DNA of 64,000 nucleotides from a virus: IMG/VR virus record IMGVR_UViG_645058813_000002, positions 6,606 to 70,605 of that record; one strand, 5' to 3'. Shown piece by piece: positions 9,906 to 20,200 of this stretch (position 1 is its first letter; each line of letters starts with the position of its first letter). The notes under the pieces were generated by a model. It saw only the letters and a program-made list of their open reading frames with translations, ran no database searches and was not told where the DNA came from. The position numbers and the translations under genes were made by a program.

Positions 9906-11113
9906 TGCTAAAGCCTAATCAATTAGGTAAAATACCTAAGGGTTTAATAGAAACTTATCAAGCTTTAGAGGATTTCATAATTGAAGATATATCAAGAAGA
10001 ATTGCAAAAGCAGGTGTAACTGACACAGCTAAATGGCAGATGATAAGGGCACAAGAGTTTGGAATGGCCAATCAAACATTAAAGAAAAAGATTGCAACAG
10101 TATTAAATATAAGTGAAAAGCAAATAAGTAAAATATTCAAAGATGCAGCTATTGAATCTTTAGATCAAGACAATGTTTTGTATGAACAGGCTAAACTTAC
10201 TGCATTTCACATAGAAACATCACCAGAGCTTAAAGCTTATATGTCAGCTGCAATAGTTCAGACTAAAGGGACAATGAAGAATATGTGCCACTCACTTGGA
10301 TTTGTACAAGATGCAGGAAATAAAAAGATTGCTAAAAGTCTAAGCAAGTCCTATATAAAAGCATTAGATTTAGCGAATATGCAAGTATCAAGTGGAGTAT
10401 TAGATTATCATACAGCTGTAAGGCAGGCAGTAAAGAAATTAGCTTCAAGTGGTGTTAATGTTATCAGCTATGAAAGTGGATGGCATAACAGATTAGATGT
10501 TGCTGTAAGAAGAGCAGTAATTACAGGAGTTAACCAGATGAATAGGCAAATGACAGATTATACTATGGATATGAATATTCCTAAGGATGAACAATATGCA
10601 GAAGTAACAGCTCATATGGGTGCTAGACCAAGCCATCGAGATTGGCAAGGACAGGTTTACAAGATTGAGGGAAGTACAAGCGAATATGCTAACTTAGAAG
10701 AGGCAACAGGACTTGGAAGTGTTGATGGTCTATGCGGTGCTAATTGTAGGCACAGTTACTTTCCCTTTATACCTAATATAAGTGTAAGAGCTTATACAGA
10801 AAAGAGTCTTAGAGAAATAGATGTGGAGCCCAAAAAGTATAATGGAAAACAATATACTGCATATCAAGCTTCACAGGAACAAAGGAAGTTAGAGAGACAG
10901 ATAAGACAGTCTAAAAGAGAAATTATTGGATATAAAGCAGCAGGATTAGAAGAGGATTTTACTAATGCAAGTATTAAACTGCAAATGCAGAAATCTGAAT
11001 ACAATAAATTTAGTAATGCAATGGGTATAAGACAGAAGAAGGAAAGACAACAGGTTAATGAATTTAATAGATCTATTGCACAAAAGAGTGCATGGGTTAG
11101 TAAGAAAGGATGA
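9905..11113 (+). CDS. Phage minor capsid (head morphogenesis) protein
   Basis: HMGARPSH...WQG and GLCGANCRHSYFP motifs. Confidence 0.88.
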   Translation: MLKPNQLGKIPKGLIETYQALEDFIIEDISRRIAKAGVTDTAKWQMIRAQEFGMANQTLKKKIATVLNISEKQISKIFKDAAIESLDQDNVLYEQAKLTAFHIETSPELKAYMSAAIVQTKGTMKNMCHSLGFVQDAGNKKIAKSLSKSYIKALDLANMQVSSGVLDYHTAVRQAVKKLASSGVNVISYESGWHNRLDVAVRRAVITGVNQMNRQMTDYTMDMNIPKDEQYAEVTAHMGARPSHRDWQGQVYKIEGSTSEYANLEEATGLGSVDGLCGANCRHSYFPFIPNISVRAYTEKSLREIDVEPKKYNGKQYTAYQASQEQRKLERQIRQSKREIIGYKAAGLEEDFTNASIKLQMQKSEYNKFSNAMGIRQKKERQQVNEFNRSIAQKSAWVSKKG

Positions 11114-11238
11114 TTAAAACTATGCATCATTATATTACAAAATATTGTGAGAATGGAAAAAGATATGCGGAGGCTTGGATACAAATAAACCTATTTGGAT
11201 ACTGCTTTTGTGTATTGAAAAGAAAAATTATAATTTAG
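11110..11238 (+). CDS. Small phage protein (42 aa), not in ORF track
   Basis: My translation: MIKTMHHYITKYCENGKRYAEAWIQINLFGYCFCVLKRKIII; overlaps the previous stop codon. Confidence 0.6.
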   Translation: MIKTMHHYITKYCENGKRYAEAWIQINLFGYCFCVLKRKIII

Positions 11239-11251
11239 GAGGAATTGAAAA

Positions 11252-11617
11252 ATGAAAGAATTAAGTACAATCCAAAAGAGAGAAAAATTAAATAGAGTAT
11301 TTGCCTGTGATGAAGCAGGTCCTGGTGGAGCTAGCCATGAATATGGAATAATGTCTGATAAGGGATTACAAGTACCTAAAGAACAGGTAATAACATTTCA
11401 AAAAGGTCCTAGAAATGCAGAGGGTAGTCAACATGGTGCTTGTGATGAAGATTTATTAGAAATGGTAAGGGATAGATTAAAAGCCTTCCAAAGAGGTCCT
11501 TATTCTTGTAGAGAAAATGCCTGTGCATTAACACATATAGAAGAAGCCTTACTTTGGTTAAATATGCGTAAGGAAGATAGAATTGAAAGAAATGTTTTAG
11601 GTACAAATACTAAGTAA
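11252..11617 (+). CDS. tad1: Thoeris anti-defence protein Tad1 (gcADPR / cyclic nucleotide sponge)
   Basis: [14 protein letters not shown]...GPGGASHEY...FQKG...[16 protein letters not shown]...[16 protein letters not shown]...[14 protein letters not shown] closely matches the C. botulinum prophage Tad1 sequence as I recall it. Confidence 0.9.
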   Translation: MKELSTIQKREKLNRVFACDEAGPGGASHEYGIMSDKGLQVPKEQVITFQKGPRNAEGSQHGACDEDLLEMVRDRLKAFQRGPYSCRENACALTHIEEALLWLNMRKEDRIERNVLGTNTK

Positions 11618-11730
11618 TTAAGTCTTAGAAATAAGGCTTATTTTTATGCCTTTAAATAGCTAGGCGTAAAAGAAGCTATTACTCTGCGTGGTCTTAAAAC
11701 ACGTAAAACTAAGTAATGGAGGAATAAAAA

Positions 11731-12321
11731 TTGAAGAGAGAATTTTTAAAAGAATTAGGTTTGGAAGATGAAGTCATTGAAAAGGTAATGGCTGAAAATG
11801 GCAGTGACATTCAAAAAGAAAAAGCTAAGACTGTAAAAGCTGAGACAGAAAGAGATACTTATAAGGGGCAACTTACAACTACACAAGAAACTCTTAAGAC
11901 ATATGAGGATATGGATATAGATGGGATTAAGAAGAGTGCGAAGGAACTTCAAGAAAAATATGATAAAGATACTCAGGAGTTGCAAGCTAAGCTTAGTAAG
12001 CAATCTTATGAGGTATCAGCTAAAGAGTATTTAGGTCAATACAAATTTGCTAATAAGAGAATAGCTGAAAGTATTAAATCTGACTTTTTATCTAAGGAAT
12101 TTAAACTTGAAGAGGGGAAGTTCTTAGGGGCAGATGATTATATTAAGGGATTACAAGAGAGTGAACCGGAGTCTTTTGTATTAGAAGAAGATGATGAAGA
12201 AAAAGTTCCTACTATTGTGAAGTCAACAGCAGGTTCTAAGCCAGGTAAAAAGATGTCATTAGAAGAGGCTATGCAATATGTAAATACGCACCCTGATACT
12301 GACATAACAACATTAATTTAA
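11731..12321 (+). CDS. Capsid scaffolding protein
   Basis: MKREFLKELGL start, coiled coil, upstream of the major capsid gene. Confidence 0.88.
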   Translation: MKREFLKELGLEDEVIEKVMAENGSDIQKEKAKTVKAETERDTYKGQLTTTQETLKTYEDMDIDGIKKSAKELQEKYDKDTQELQAKLSKQSYEVSAKEYLGQYKFANKRIAESIKSDFLSKEFKLEEGKFLGADDYIKGLQESEPESFVLEEDDEEKVPTIVKSTAGSKPGKKMSLEEAMQYVNTHPDTDITTLI

Positions 12322-12336
12322 AGGAGGGCGTTATAG

Positions 12337-13401
12337 ATGCCAAGTATTTTTAACAATAAAAACTTTAATGGTGAAGTATTTTCAAAGTACATTGATACTT
12401 TACCAAATCTAAATAGAAATGAATTATTAAAGTCAGGTGCTGTAAGACAGAGACAAGATATTGCAGGAACATTTACAGATCAAGTAGGTGGAAATTACGC
12501 AATTATTCCTATTACTGGTAGAATTGGTGGAGCTGCATTAAATTATGATGGTTCTACTGATATTACTGCAACTGGAATTGGAACTTACACACAAGGTAGA
12601 ATTGTAGTAGGTAGGTCTAAGGCCTGGATGGAAAAAGACTTTAGTTATGAATTAACTAAAAAGAATTTCATGAATGAGGTTGCAAAACAAATAGGTGAGT
12701 ATTGGGACGATGTAGACTTTGGAACAATTATTTCAACTTTAACTGGTGCGTTTAATATGACTGGCAAAGGAAATACGGACTTTGTAAATAATCATACTTA
12801 TGATATTTCAGAAAATAAAGATGCAACAGGCAATTTTTCAGCTACAACTCTTAATAATGCAATGCAAAAAGCGTTGGGAGATAAAAAAGCTAAGTTCACA
12901 ATGGCATTTATGCATTCAGCAGTTGCTACTAATTTAGAAAATCTTAAGTTACTAGAGTATATGAAATATACTGATGAAAATGGAATTGAAAGAAACCTAA
13001 CTATTGCAACATTAAATGGTAGAGCTGTCCTTATTGATGACAATATGCCAACAGAAGAAGTTGCTGAGAGTGAAAGCGGTAAAGGCGATGGATATACTAA
13101 ATACACTTCATATGTAATGGGTGAAGGTGCTATCGAGTATACTGATTGCGGTGCTAAGACAGCATACGAACCATACAGAGAACCATTAAAAGATGGTGGT
13201 AGGGATTATCTAATTGGAAGACAAAGAAAGATATTCGCACCTTATGGTATTTCCTTCAAGAATACAGGAATTATTTCGCCTACAGATGCACAATTAGAAG
13301 CAGGTTCTAACTGGGAATTAGCTAATGACAATGCAAGCTCTTCTAAAGAATATATTTCACATAGATTAATTCCAATAGCTAGAGTAATCACTAGGGGTTA
13401 G
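12337..13401 (+). CDS. Major capsid protein
   Basis: 354 aa after scaffold; capsid-like sequence ending IPIARVITRG. Confidence 0.88.
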   Translation: MPSIFNNKNFNGEVFSKYIDTLPNLNRNELLKSGAVRQRQDIAGTFTDQVGGNYAIIPITGRIGGAALNYDGSTDITATGIGTYTQGRIVVGRSKAWMEKDFSYELTKKNFMNEVAKQIGEYWDDVDFGTIISTLTGAFNMTGKGNTDFVNNHTYDISENKDATGNFSATTLNNAMQKALGDKKAKFTMAFMHSAVATNLENLKLLEYMKYTDENGIERNLTIATLNGRAVLIDDNMPTEEVAESESGKGDGYTKYTSYVMGEGAIEYTDCGAKTAYEPYREPLKDGGRDYLIGRQRKIFAPYGISFKNTGIISPTDAQLEAGSNWELANDNASSSKEYISHRLIPIARVITRG

Positions 13402-13402
13402 T

Positions 13403-13762
13403 ATGATAGGCTATGTAGATTATAATTTTTATAAAGAATCCTTTGGAGGAAATACTATTCCAGAGGGTTCTTTTATTAAATTTAATCTTAAAGCTAGTGC
13501 TTATGTAAATAAAATTACATTTGGAAGAGTTAAAAAGTTAGAAGAGATACCAGAAGAAGCTAAATTTGCTGTTTGCGCTACTATGGAAGTAATGAAAAAA
13601 ATTGAAGATGATGGCGGAGTTATTTCTAGTGAAACTGAAGGTAAGCATTCTGTAAGTTATGTAGATGGAGTATCCACAATGAGTGAAGAAAAGAAAATAT
13701 ATGAAACTGCAATGTTATTTTTAGCAAATACAGGATTACTTTATAGAGGAGTTGATAGATAG
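13403..13762 (+). CDS. Head-tail connector/adaptor
   Basis: YVDYNFYK...SETEGKHSVSY...GLLYRG, position after capsid. Confidence 0.8.
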   Translation: MIGYVDYNFYKESFGGNTIPEGSFIKFNLKASAYVNKITFGRVKKLEEIPEEAKFAVCATMEVMKKIEDDGGVISSETEGKHSVSYVDGVSTMSEEKKIYETAMLFLANTGLLYRGVDR

Positions 13763-14178
13763 TGAAAACTAATACTATAGCAACTTTATATAATCACTAT
13801 ACAGATAAAGAAACAGAGCGAACAGTATATAAAAGAACTGTAATAACAAGTGTAAATTGGCAAGAAGAACAAAAAACTGTTGTAACAGATAAGGGATTGG
13901 TTAGTGTTAATCAGATTAATGTATTTATTCCGTTTCAATCTGATTTCGAAGGTAAAGAGCATATAGGACCTAAAGCTTATAAAAGACTTTCAGAAGAGGA
14001 AAAGAATAAATATTTCACGTTTGACAATGATGATTTCATAGTAAAAGGTGAAATAGATGGCTTTGTAACGGTTGATGCGCTTAAAAAGTCTTATGATAAT
14101 GTAGCTACTATTATTTCTACCCTTATATGTGATAAGGGTAGTTTAGCTATAAGACACTATGAAGTAGGTGCTAAGTAA
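13762..14178 (+). CDS. Head-tail joining protein
   Basis: Position and C-terminal HYEVGAK. Confidence 0.7.
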   Translation: MKTNTIATLYNHYTDKETERTVYKRTVITSVNWQEEQKTVVTDKGLVSVNQINVFIPFQSDFEGKEHIGPKAYKRLSEEEKNKYFTFDNDDFIVKGEIDGFVTVDALKKSYDNVATIISTLICDKGSLAIRHYEVGAK

Positions 14179-14510
14179 TGGGATTTAAATTAAAATTTGA
14201 TGATTTAACACAGATAGCATTAAGAAGAAACTTACAGAAAGATGGAAAAGCGCAACAATTTCTTACCAATGAAATTGCCAGGTTATCTGATGATTATATA
14301 CCAATGGATTCAGGAACACTTAAAAATAATAAATCTATAACTCAACATTCTATTACGTATAAAAGCCCTTATGCTTGTAGGCAATGGTATGAAAATAAAG
14401 GTGCTAGTGGTGGTAGAAGAGGAAAAGAATGGACTAATAGAATGTGGCAAGATAGAGGGCAAGAAATAGTTAAATCTGTTGCAGATTTAGTTGGAGGTAA
14501 AACTAAATGA
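14178..14510 (+). CDS. Neck / minor capsid protein
   Basis: YIPMDSGTLK, SPYACRQWY. Confidence 0.75.
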   Translation: MGFKLKFDDLTQIALRRNLQKDGKAQQFLTNEIARLSDDYIPMDSGTLKNNKSITQHSITYKSPYACRQWYENKGASGGRRGKEWTNRMWQDRGQEIVKSVADLVGGKTK

Positions 14511-14935
14511 CAATCATAGAGAGCTTAAGAAAATATATAAAAACCTATCCAGGATTAAAAGAATTTGAAGATACAGTAAAAGTGAATGTAGATAAGCTTG
14601 AAAAAGATGCAACAGTATACAGCATAGATGAAACTGTATGCAATCCAATCTTAAAGAAATTTGTAGATGGATCTAGTGAAAGACAATTCGTATTTGTATT
14701 TGCAAGCAGAGAGTTTTATGGACAAGATGTATTTCAAAACATAGATAATATAGGATTTTATGACAAGCTATCTGACTGGTTAGAAGATAACACTAGAAGA
14801 GGTATATTACCACAATTAGAAGATGGAAAACAAGCATTAAGTATTAAAGCTATTTCTAATGGCTATGCATTTAATACTGATGAAACATTAGCAAGATATC
14901 AAATACAAATTCAATTAAAATATTATCAAAAATAG
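14507..14935 (+). CDS. Tail terminator/completion protein
   Basis: Upstream of tail tube; ARYQIQIQLKY C-terminus. Confidence 0.7.
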   Translation: MTIIESLRKYIKTYPGLKEFEDTVKVNVDKLEKDATVYSIDETVCNPILKKFVDGSSERQFVFVFASREFYGQDVFQNIDNIGFYDKLSDWLEDNTRRGILPQLEDGKQALSIKAISNGYAFNTDETLARYQIQIQLKYYQK

Positions 14936-14948
14936 GAGATGATTAAAC

Positions 14949-15458
14949 ATGAAAAAAGCAATGAGATATGACATAGCTGACTATTTAAATATAGGAGAAA
15001 AAGGTTCTGAAGCAGCAACTTACGTTTTATTAGGAACAGGAGTTAATACATTAGATGAATCTGTAGGCGCTCAAACAGATTCTAAGACTTATATTAATGA
15101 TAAGACACAAACAACAACAGTAAAAGGGTATCAGACAGAGTTTCCATACGATACAGATATGGTTTTAGATGAAGAAGCTGGAATGGCATTATATAAAGTT
15201 GGTAGAGATCATTTAACTGGTCAAGAGGCTGAATTTGATTATGTAAGAGTTGATTTATACGATCCAATAAAAGAAAAACCTAATTTGTTTAAAGCTAGAA
15301 AGTTCAAAGTTGCAGCAGTTGTTTCAGATTCTAAAGGTAATGGTGGAGAGGTTATGGTTAACACTGGTACATTATCTTGTGTAGGTGATCCAACTCAGGG
15401 ATATTTCGATACTACTACTAAAAAGTTTAGTGAAACAATACCAGAAGCACAAAAATAA
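14949..15458 (+). CDS. Major tail tube protein
   Basis: 169 aa, position and beta-rich sequence. Confidence 0.8.
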   Translation: MKKAMRYDIADYLNIGEKGSEAATYVLLGTGVNTLDESVGAQTDSKTYINDKTQTTTVKGYQTEFPYDTDMVLDEEAGMALYKVGRDHLTGQEAEFDYVRVDLYDPIKEKPNLFKARKFKVAAVVSDSKGNGGEVMVNTGTLSCVGDPTQGYFDTTTKKFSETIPEAQK

Positions 15459-15478
15459 AAATTTAGGAGGATTAGAAG

Positions 15479-15871
15479 ATGGGATTTAGATTTGCAGAAA
15501 GAAATATAATTAATATAGAAATAGAGAACAACACTTTTAAAGTTCAATATAATCAAGAACTTTTAAGTAATATTACAGCTATAAGTGTTAAGGCGCAGGA
15601 AGTAAGCAAAACATTAAAGGATAATGATGCTGAAAGTATAAATAATGCTTGCAAGGTGGTATATGAAGGAATAGATACAGTGCTAGGCACATGTTCAAGT
15701 AAAAAAATATTTGAAGGTAGAGATCAAGACATTATGGAAAGTATAGATGTATTAATGTACATCTTTGATGAAATTAATAAGTTTAAGAATAAGAAGTTAT
15801 CTGAAATGAAAAATAGGGTTCCTCAGAACAGAGAACAAAAAAGAAATAAACAATTTAAACATAATAAATAA
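15479..15871 (+). CDS. Tail assembly chaperone
   Basis: After tail tube; C-terminal NREQKR motif. Confidence 0.75.
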   Translation: MGFRFAERNIINIEIENNTFKVQYNQELLSNITAISVKAQEVSKTLKDNDAESINNACKVVYEGIDTVLGTCSSKKIFEGRDQDIMESIDVLMYIFDEINKFKNKKLSEMKNRVPQNREQKRNKQFKHNK

Positions 15872-16488
15872 TGAGTTTATTAACATCTAAACTTCAAACA
15901 AGTATTTTGATTGATGATATAGAGTTCCAGTTGAACACCAACTTTAGGAACTCTATTATTTTTGAGGAGCTTATACTAAATGAGGATATAAGAAAACAAG
16001 AAGTTCAAGAAAAGGCTATAAAGCTTTATTATAACCAACCTATTATTGATAAGTTTAAGAATACAGCATTACAAGGAATAATATGGTTCTATTCATGTGG
16101 TAGACCAGAAGAAGAGACAGAAGGAAAAAAAGAACAACATAGCAATATTAAAAGTAGTGATATTTATTCTTTTAAATATGATGATGAATATATTTATAGT
16201 GCTTTTTTAGATCAATATGGTATTGATTTACAAGATATAGACTACTTGCACTGGTGGAAATTTAAGGCTATGTTTAAAAGTTTAAAATCTGATAATAAAA
16301 TAGTCGAGATTATGGGATATAGAAGTATGGATTTAAATTCTATTAATGATAAATCACAAAAGGATTTCTACAAGAAAATGCAAGATTTATATAAACTCCC
16401 AACTATTATTAATAAAGGTGAATTTGAGAAGCAAAAAGCTATCGAAGATGCACTTCTTAGTGGTGGTGATTTAAGTGGCATATTGTAA
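15871..16488 (+). CDS. Gp15-like tail assembly protein
   Basis: IYSAFLDQYGIDL...LHWWKFKAMF. Confidence 0.85.
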   Translation: MSLLTSKLQTSILIDDIEFQLNTNFRNSIIFEELILNEDIRKQEVQEKAIKLYYNQPIIDKFKNTALQGIIWFYSCGRPEEETEGKKEQHSNIKSSDIYSFKYDDEYIYSAFLDQYGIDLQDIDYLHWWKFKAMFKSLKSDNKIVEIMGYRSMDLNSINDKSQKDFYKKMQDLYKLPTIINKGEFEKQKAIEDALLSGGDLSGIL

Positions 16489-16547
16489 ACTTATAGAAAT
16501 AATGATAAAATTATTAAAATAGTAATTATTGCCAAGGAGTGAATCAA

Positions 16548-17033
16548 ATGATTTTCGGTAAAAAGAATAAAAGTGGTAATAGAGCAGTGAATCTTTCTTA
16601 TATTGATGGAATAGAAAGTTACAATAAAGGAACAGCAGTTTCATTGAGTATGGAAGAAAACCACTTAATCATGGAAGCTAGAGTGTATAAAAAACCACCA
16701 GTTCATTTAGAATATGAACAAATTACTGGAATTAATGTAATAAGTGAAAAGGAAGTAATAGAAAAGAGTAAAAGTACATTTGGAAGAGCAGTTGCTGGAG
16801 GTGTACTACTTGGTCCTTTAGGTGCAATTATTGGTGGAATATCTGGAGTAGGTAATAAAAAAATAAGTGAAAAACATTATTATTTAATTTTAAATTATAA
16901 ATCACAATTTGATGAAATAAAGGTTATTAGCTTTGAGATAGTTGGAGCTAGTTTGCACTGGTCATCATTTGTTGATGAATTAAAAGCTAAAATTAATACT
17001 ATTAGCATAGAAGAAAATGAAATATTTTTATAA
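16548..17033 (+). CDS. Moron-like protein with glycine-zipper segment
   Basis: GRAVAGGVLLGPLGAIIGGISG; ATG 16548 after GGAG; terminator-like hairpin about 17037-17064. Confidence 0.7.
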   Translation: MIFGKKNKSGNRAVNLSYIDGIESYNKGTAVSLSMEENHLIMEARVYKKPPVHLEYEQITGINVISEKEVIEKSKSTFGRAVAGGVLLGPLGAIIGGISGVGNKKISEKHYYLILNYKSQFDEIKVISFEIVGASLHWSSFVDELKAKINTISIEENEIFL

Positions 17034-17085
17034 GAAGTAAGCACTTATTTATATAGGTGCTTTTAGTATGCACTTTTTTAAGAAG

Positions 17086-17220
17086 GTGATTAAAATTAAG
17101 GAAATAAGATGTAAAAACTGTAATCAGCTATTGCTTAAAGCTGATGAAATAAAAGGGGAGATAAAATGCCCTAGATGTAAAAAAATCAATAAGTTAGATT
17201 ATTCAAAAGACAGAGCTTAG
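17086..17220 (+). CDS. Com-family Zn-finger protein (44 aa), not in ORF track
   Basis: My translation: IKIKEIRCKNCNQLLLKADEIKGEIKCPRCKKINKLDYSKDRA; GTG 17086 or ATT 17095 start. Confidence 0.75.
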   Translation: MIKIKEIRCKNCNQLLLKADEIKGEIKCPRCKKINKLDYSKDRA

Positions 17221-17298
17221 AGCAGCACACTAATTTATTAGGAGTAGTTAGCCAATGCCTGCTTTTTTTATTTTATAAAGAAAGTAGGTGGAAAATAG

Positions 17299-20200
17299 AT
17301 GGCAGATGGTACAGTTGTTATTGACACTGAGCTTGATAATAGCGGAATAGAAAAAGGATGGAAGGAAGCTAATACAAGTGCTAAAGCACAAGCAGCTAAA
17401 CTTGCAGCAGAGTATAAAAAGCAAGGTATGAGTGCTAGTGAAGCATTTAAAAAAGCTTGGTCTGAAATTGAAAGAGACTCAAAAGAAAAATCAAACAAAA
17501 CAAGTGATAATTGGAGTTCATGTTCTGATAAATTAAAAGGTATAGCGAGTGAAGCTGCTAAAATTGTAGCTACTAGCATAGCTGGGATTGGAACAACTCT
17601 TGGGGGCATAGGAGCTTATGCAATAAAGGTTGGTTCTGATTTTGAAGCAGGTATGTCTAAAGTAAAGGCTATTTCAGGGGCAACTGCATCAGATATGGAA
17701 TTATTAAGTGCTAAAGCTAAAGAAATGGGAGCTAGCACAAAGTTTAGTGCTACTGAAAGTGCAGAGGCTATGCAATACATGGCTATGGCTGGATGGAAAA
17801 CAGAACAAATGATTGATGGTATTGGTGGTATTATGAATCTTGCGGCAGCTGATGGATTGGATTTAGCAACTACATCAGATATAGTTACGGATGCACTAAC
17901 CGCATTTGGATTACAAGCTAAAGATTCAACTCATTTTGCTGATGTTTTAGCACAAGCAAGTTCAACAGCGAATACCAATGTAAGCATGTTAGGGGAGTCG
18001 TTTAAATATGTGGCTCCAGTTTGTGGTTCCATGGGATACACAGCAGAGGATACAAGTATAGCACTTGGTATAATGGCGAATAGTGGAATAAAAGCTAGTC
18101 AAGCAGGTATGACTTTAAAAAATGCTATTGTAAACATGGCATCACCTACAAGTAACATGCAAAAAATAATGGACCAGTATCATCTATCTCTTACCAATAC
18201 TGATGGTAGCATGAAATCTCTTAAAGAAGTAATGGATATGTTAAGAGATAAAATGGGTGGACTAGATCAAGCTACTCAAGCGGCGGCTGCAAGTACACTT
18301 TTTGGAAAAGAGAGTATGGCAGGTATGCTTGCTGTTATTAATGCAAGTGATTCGGATTTTGATAAGTTAACCGATGCAATCAATAATGCAGATGGAGCAG
18401 CACAACAAATGGCTGACACAATGAATGATAATCTTCAAGGAAAGATTACATTACTTAAATCTGCATTAGAGGGAGTTGGAATAGCTCTTTATGATAAATT
18501 TAAAGAACCTCTAAAAGATGCTATAGACACAGCTGCTGATTCTATGAGTTCATTGGTTGAAAGTATATCCGGTGGAGACTTGAGTGGTTCTATTGATAAA
18601 ATAGCGGACGGATTTTCAAAATTAATTATTAATGTAAGTGATTTTGCTGCTAATGCATTACCCACGGTGTTAGAGGGTTTTGCATGGTTGCTTGATAATT
18701 CAAATACAATTGCAACAGGAATTGTTGGCATTGGAACAGCTATGCTTACATTAAATGTTGCTAATATGATAAACGGAGTTGTTAAAGCCTTTCAAGCAGC
18801 TAGAGTAGCAGAAGAAGGATTAACAGTTGCACAATGGTTATTAAATGCAGCCATGGATGCTAATCCTATAGGAATTGTAATTTCTATTATAGCAGGATTA
18901 GTAGCAGCAATAATTTATTTATGGAATACAAATGAAGGATTTAGAAATGCAATAATCGGAGCATGGACTGCTATATGTGATGCAGCTAGTAGTATATGGG
19001 GAAGTATATGTAGTTTCTTTACTGAAACAATTCCTGCTGCATTAAATGCATGTATAGATTTTATATCTAGCAACTGGCAAAATTTATTACTATTACTTGT
19101 AAATCAATTTGCTGGGGCCTTTGCTCTTTTATATTCAAATTGTGATGGCTTTAGAGAATTTATTGATCAATTTGTACAATCGGTGTGTGATTTCTTTACT
19201 GAAACAATACCAGAAGCACTTCAAAGTACTGGGGAATGGTTTTCACAATTACCAAACATGATAGCTTATGGATTAGGTGCAGCTGTAGGAGCTATAGCGG
19301 AGTGGTGTGTTGAATGTTATGACTATTTAAGTACTAATATTCCAGTGTGGATTGACAGTATTGGTACTTGGTTTTCAAATCTTCCAGATGCTATATCAAC
19401 ATGGTTATCACAAACAATAAGTGATATAGGTACTTGGGGAAGTAATATGCTAAATACAGCTATAAACTGGGTGTCTAATATTATAAGCAGTATAGGAAAC
19501 TGGTTTTCTCAATTACCTAGCAGTATTTCAAACGGTTTAAGTAGTGCCTTGAATGCATTAATAAACTGGGGAAGTAATATGCTTTCTAGTGCAGTTAGTG
19601 CTTGTAAAGAAATAGTAGATGGGATAGTTAATGCATTTATAGATTTACCAAGTAAAATGGTTGAGATAGGGAAAAATATTGTCCTTGGAATAAAGGATGG
19701 TATAAAAAATGCATGGGATTCTATGACTGGATGGATAGGTGGTTTATGTACTAGCTTTGTGGATGGTGTAAAGTCGCAATTTGATATTCATTCACCATCT
19801 CGTGTTATGAGAGATCAAGTAGGTAAATGGATTCCACTGGGAATTGCAGAAGGCTTAAAGGCTACAACAGGAAACTTATTAGATACGGCTACAGATATAT
19901 GCAAACAACTTTCTAATACATTTACTAGTGAATTAAATGCAAACACAGCACAAAGATATATAGATACTATTTCAAATTGGGGTGGGAGTTTTGCAGTTTT
20001 AGCAGAAGAATTGCAAAATGCTAAAGATGCAGTTGAAATATCAAATGCAAAAAGTATAGACGATAACATATGGTATAGAGATGCAAAGTATAGACTAGAA
20101 GATGTTAAATCTAAGCTAGAAGAATTATCTGAAACTATTAGTGATACAGAAGATAAATCTACTAAGGAAAGTCTACAAACACAGCAAAAAGCATTACAAA

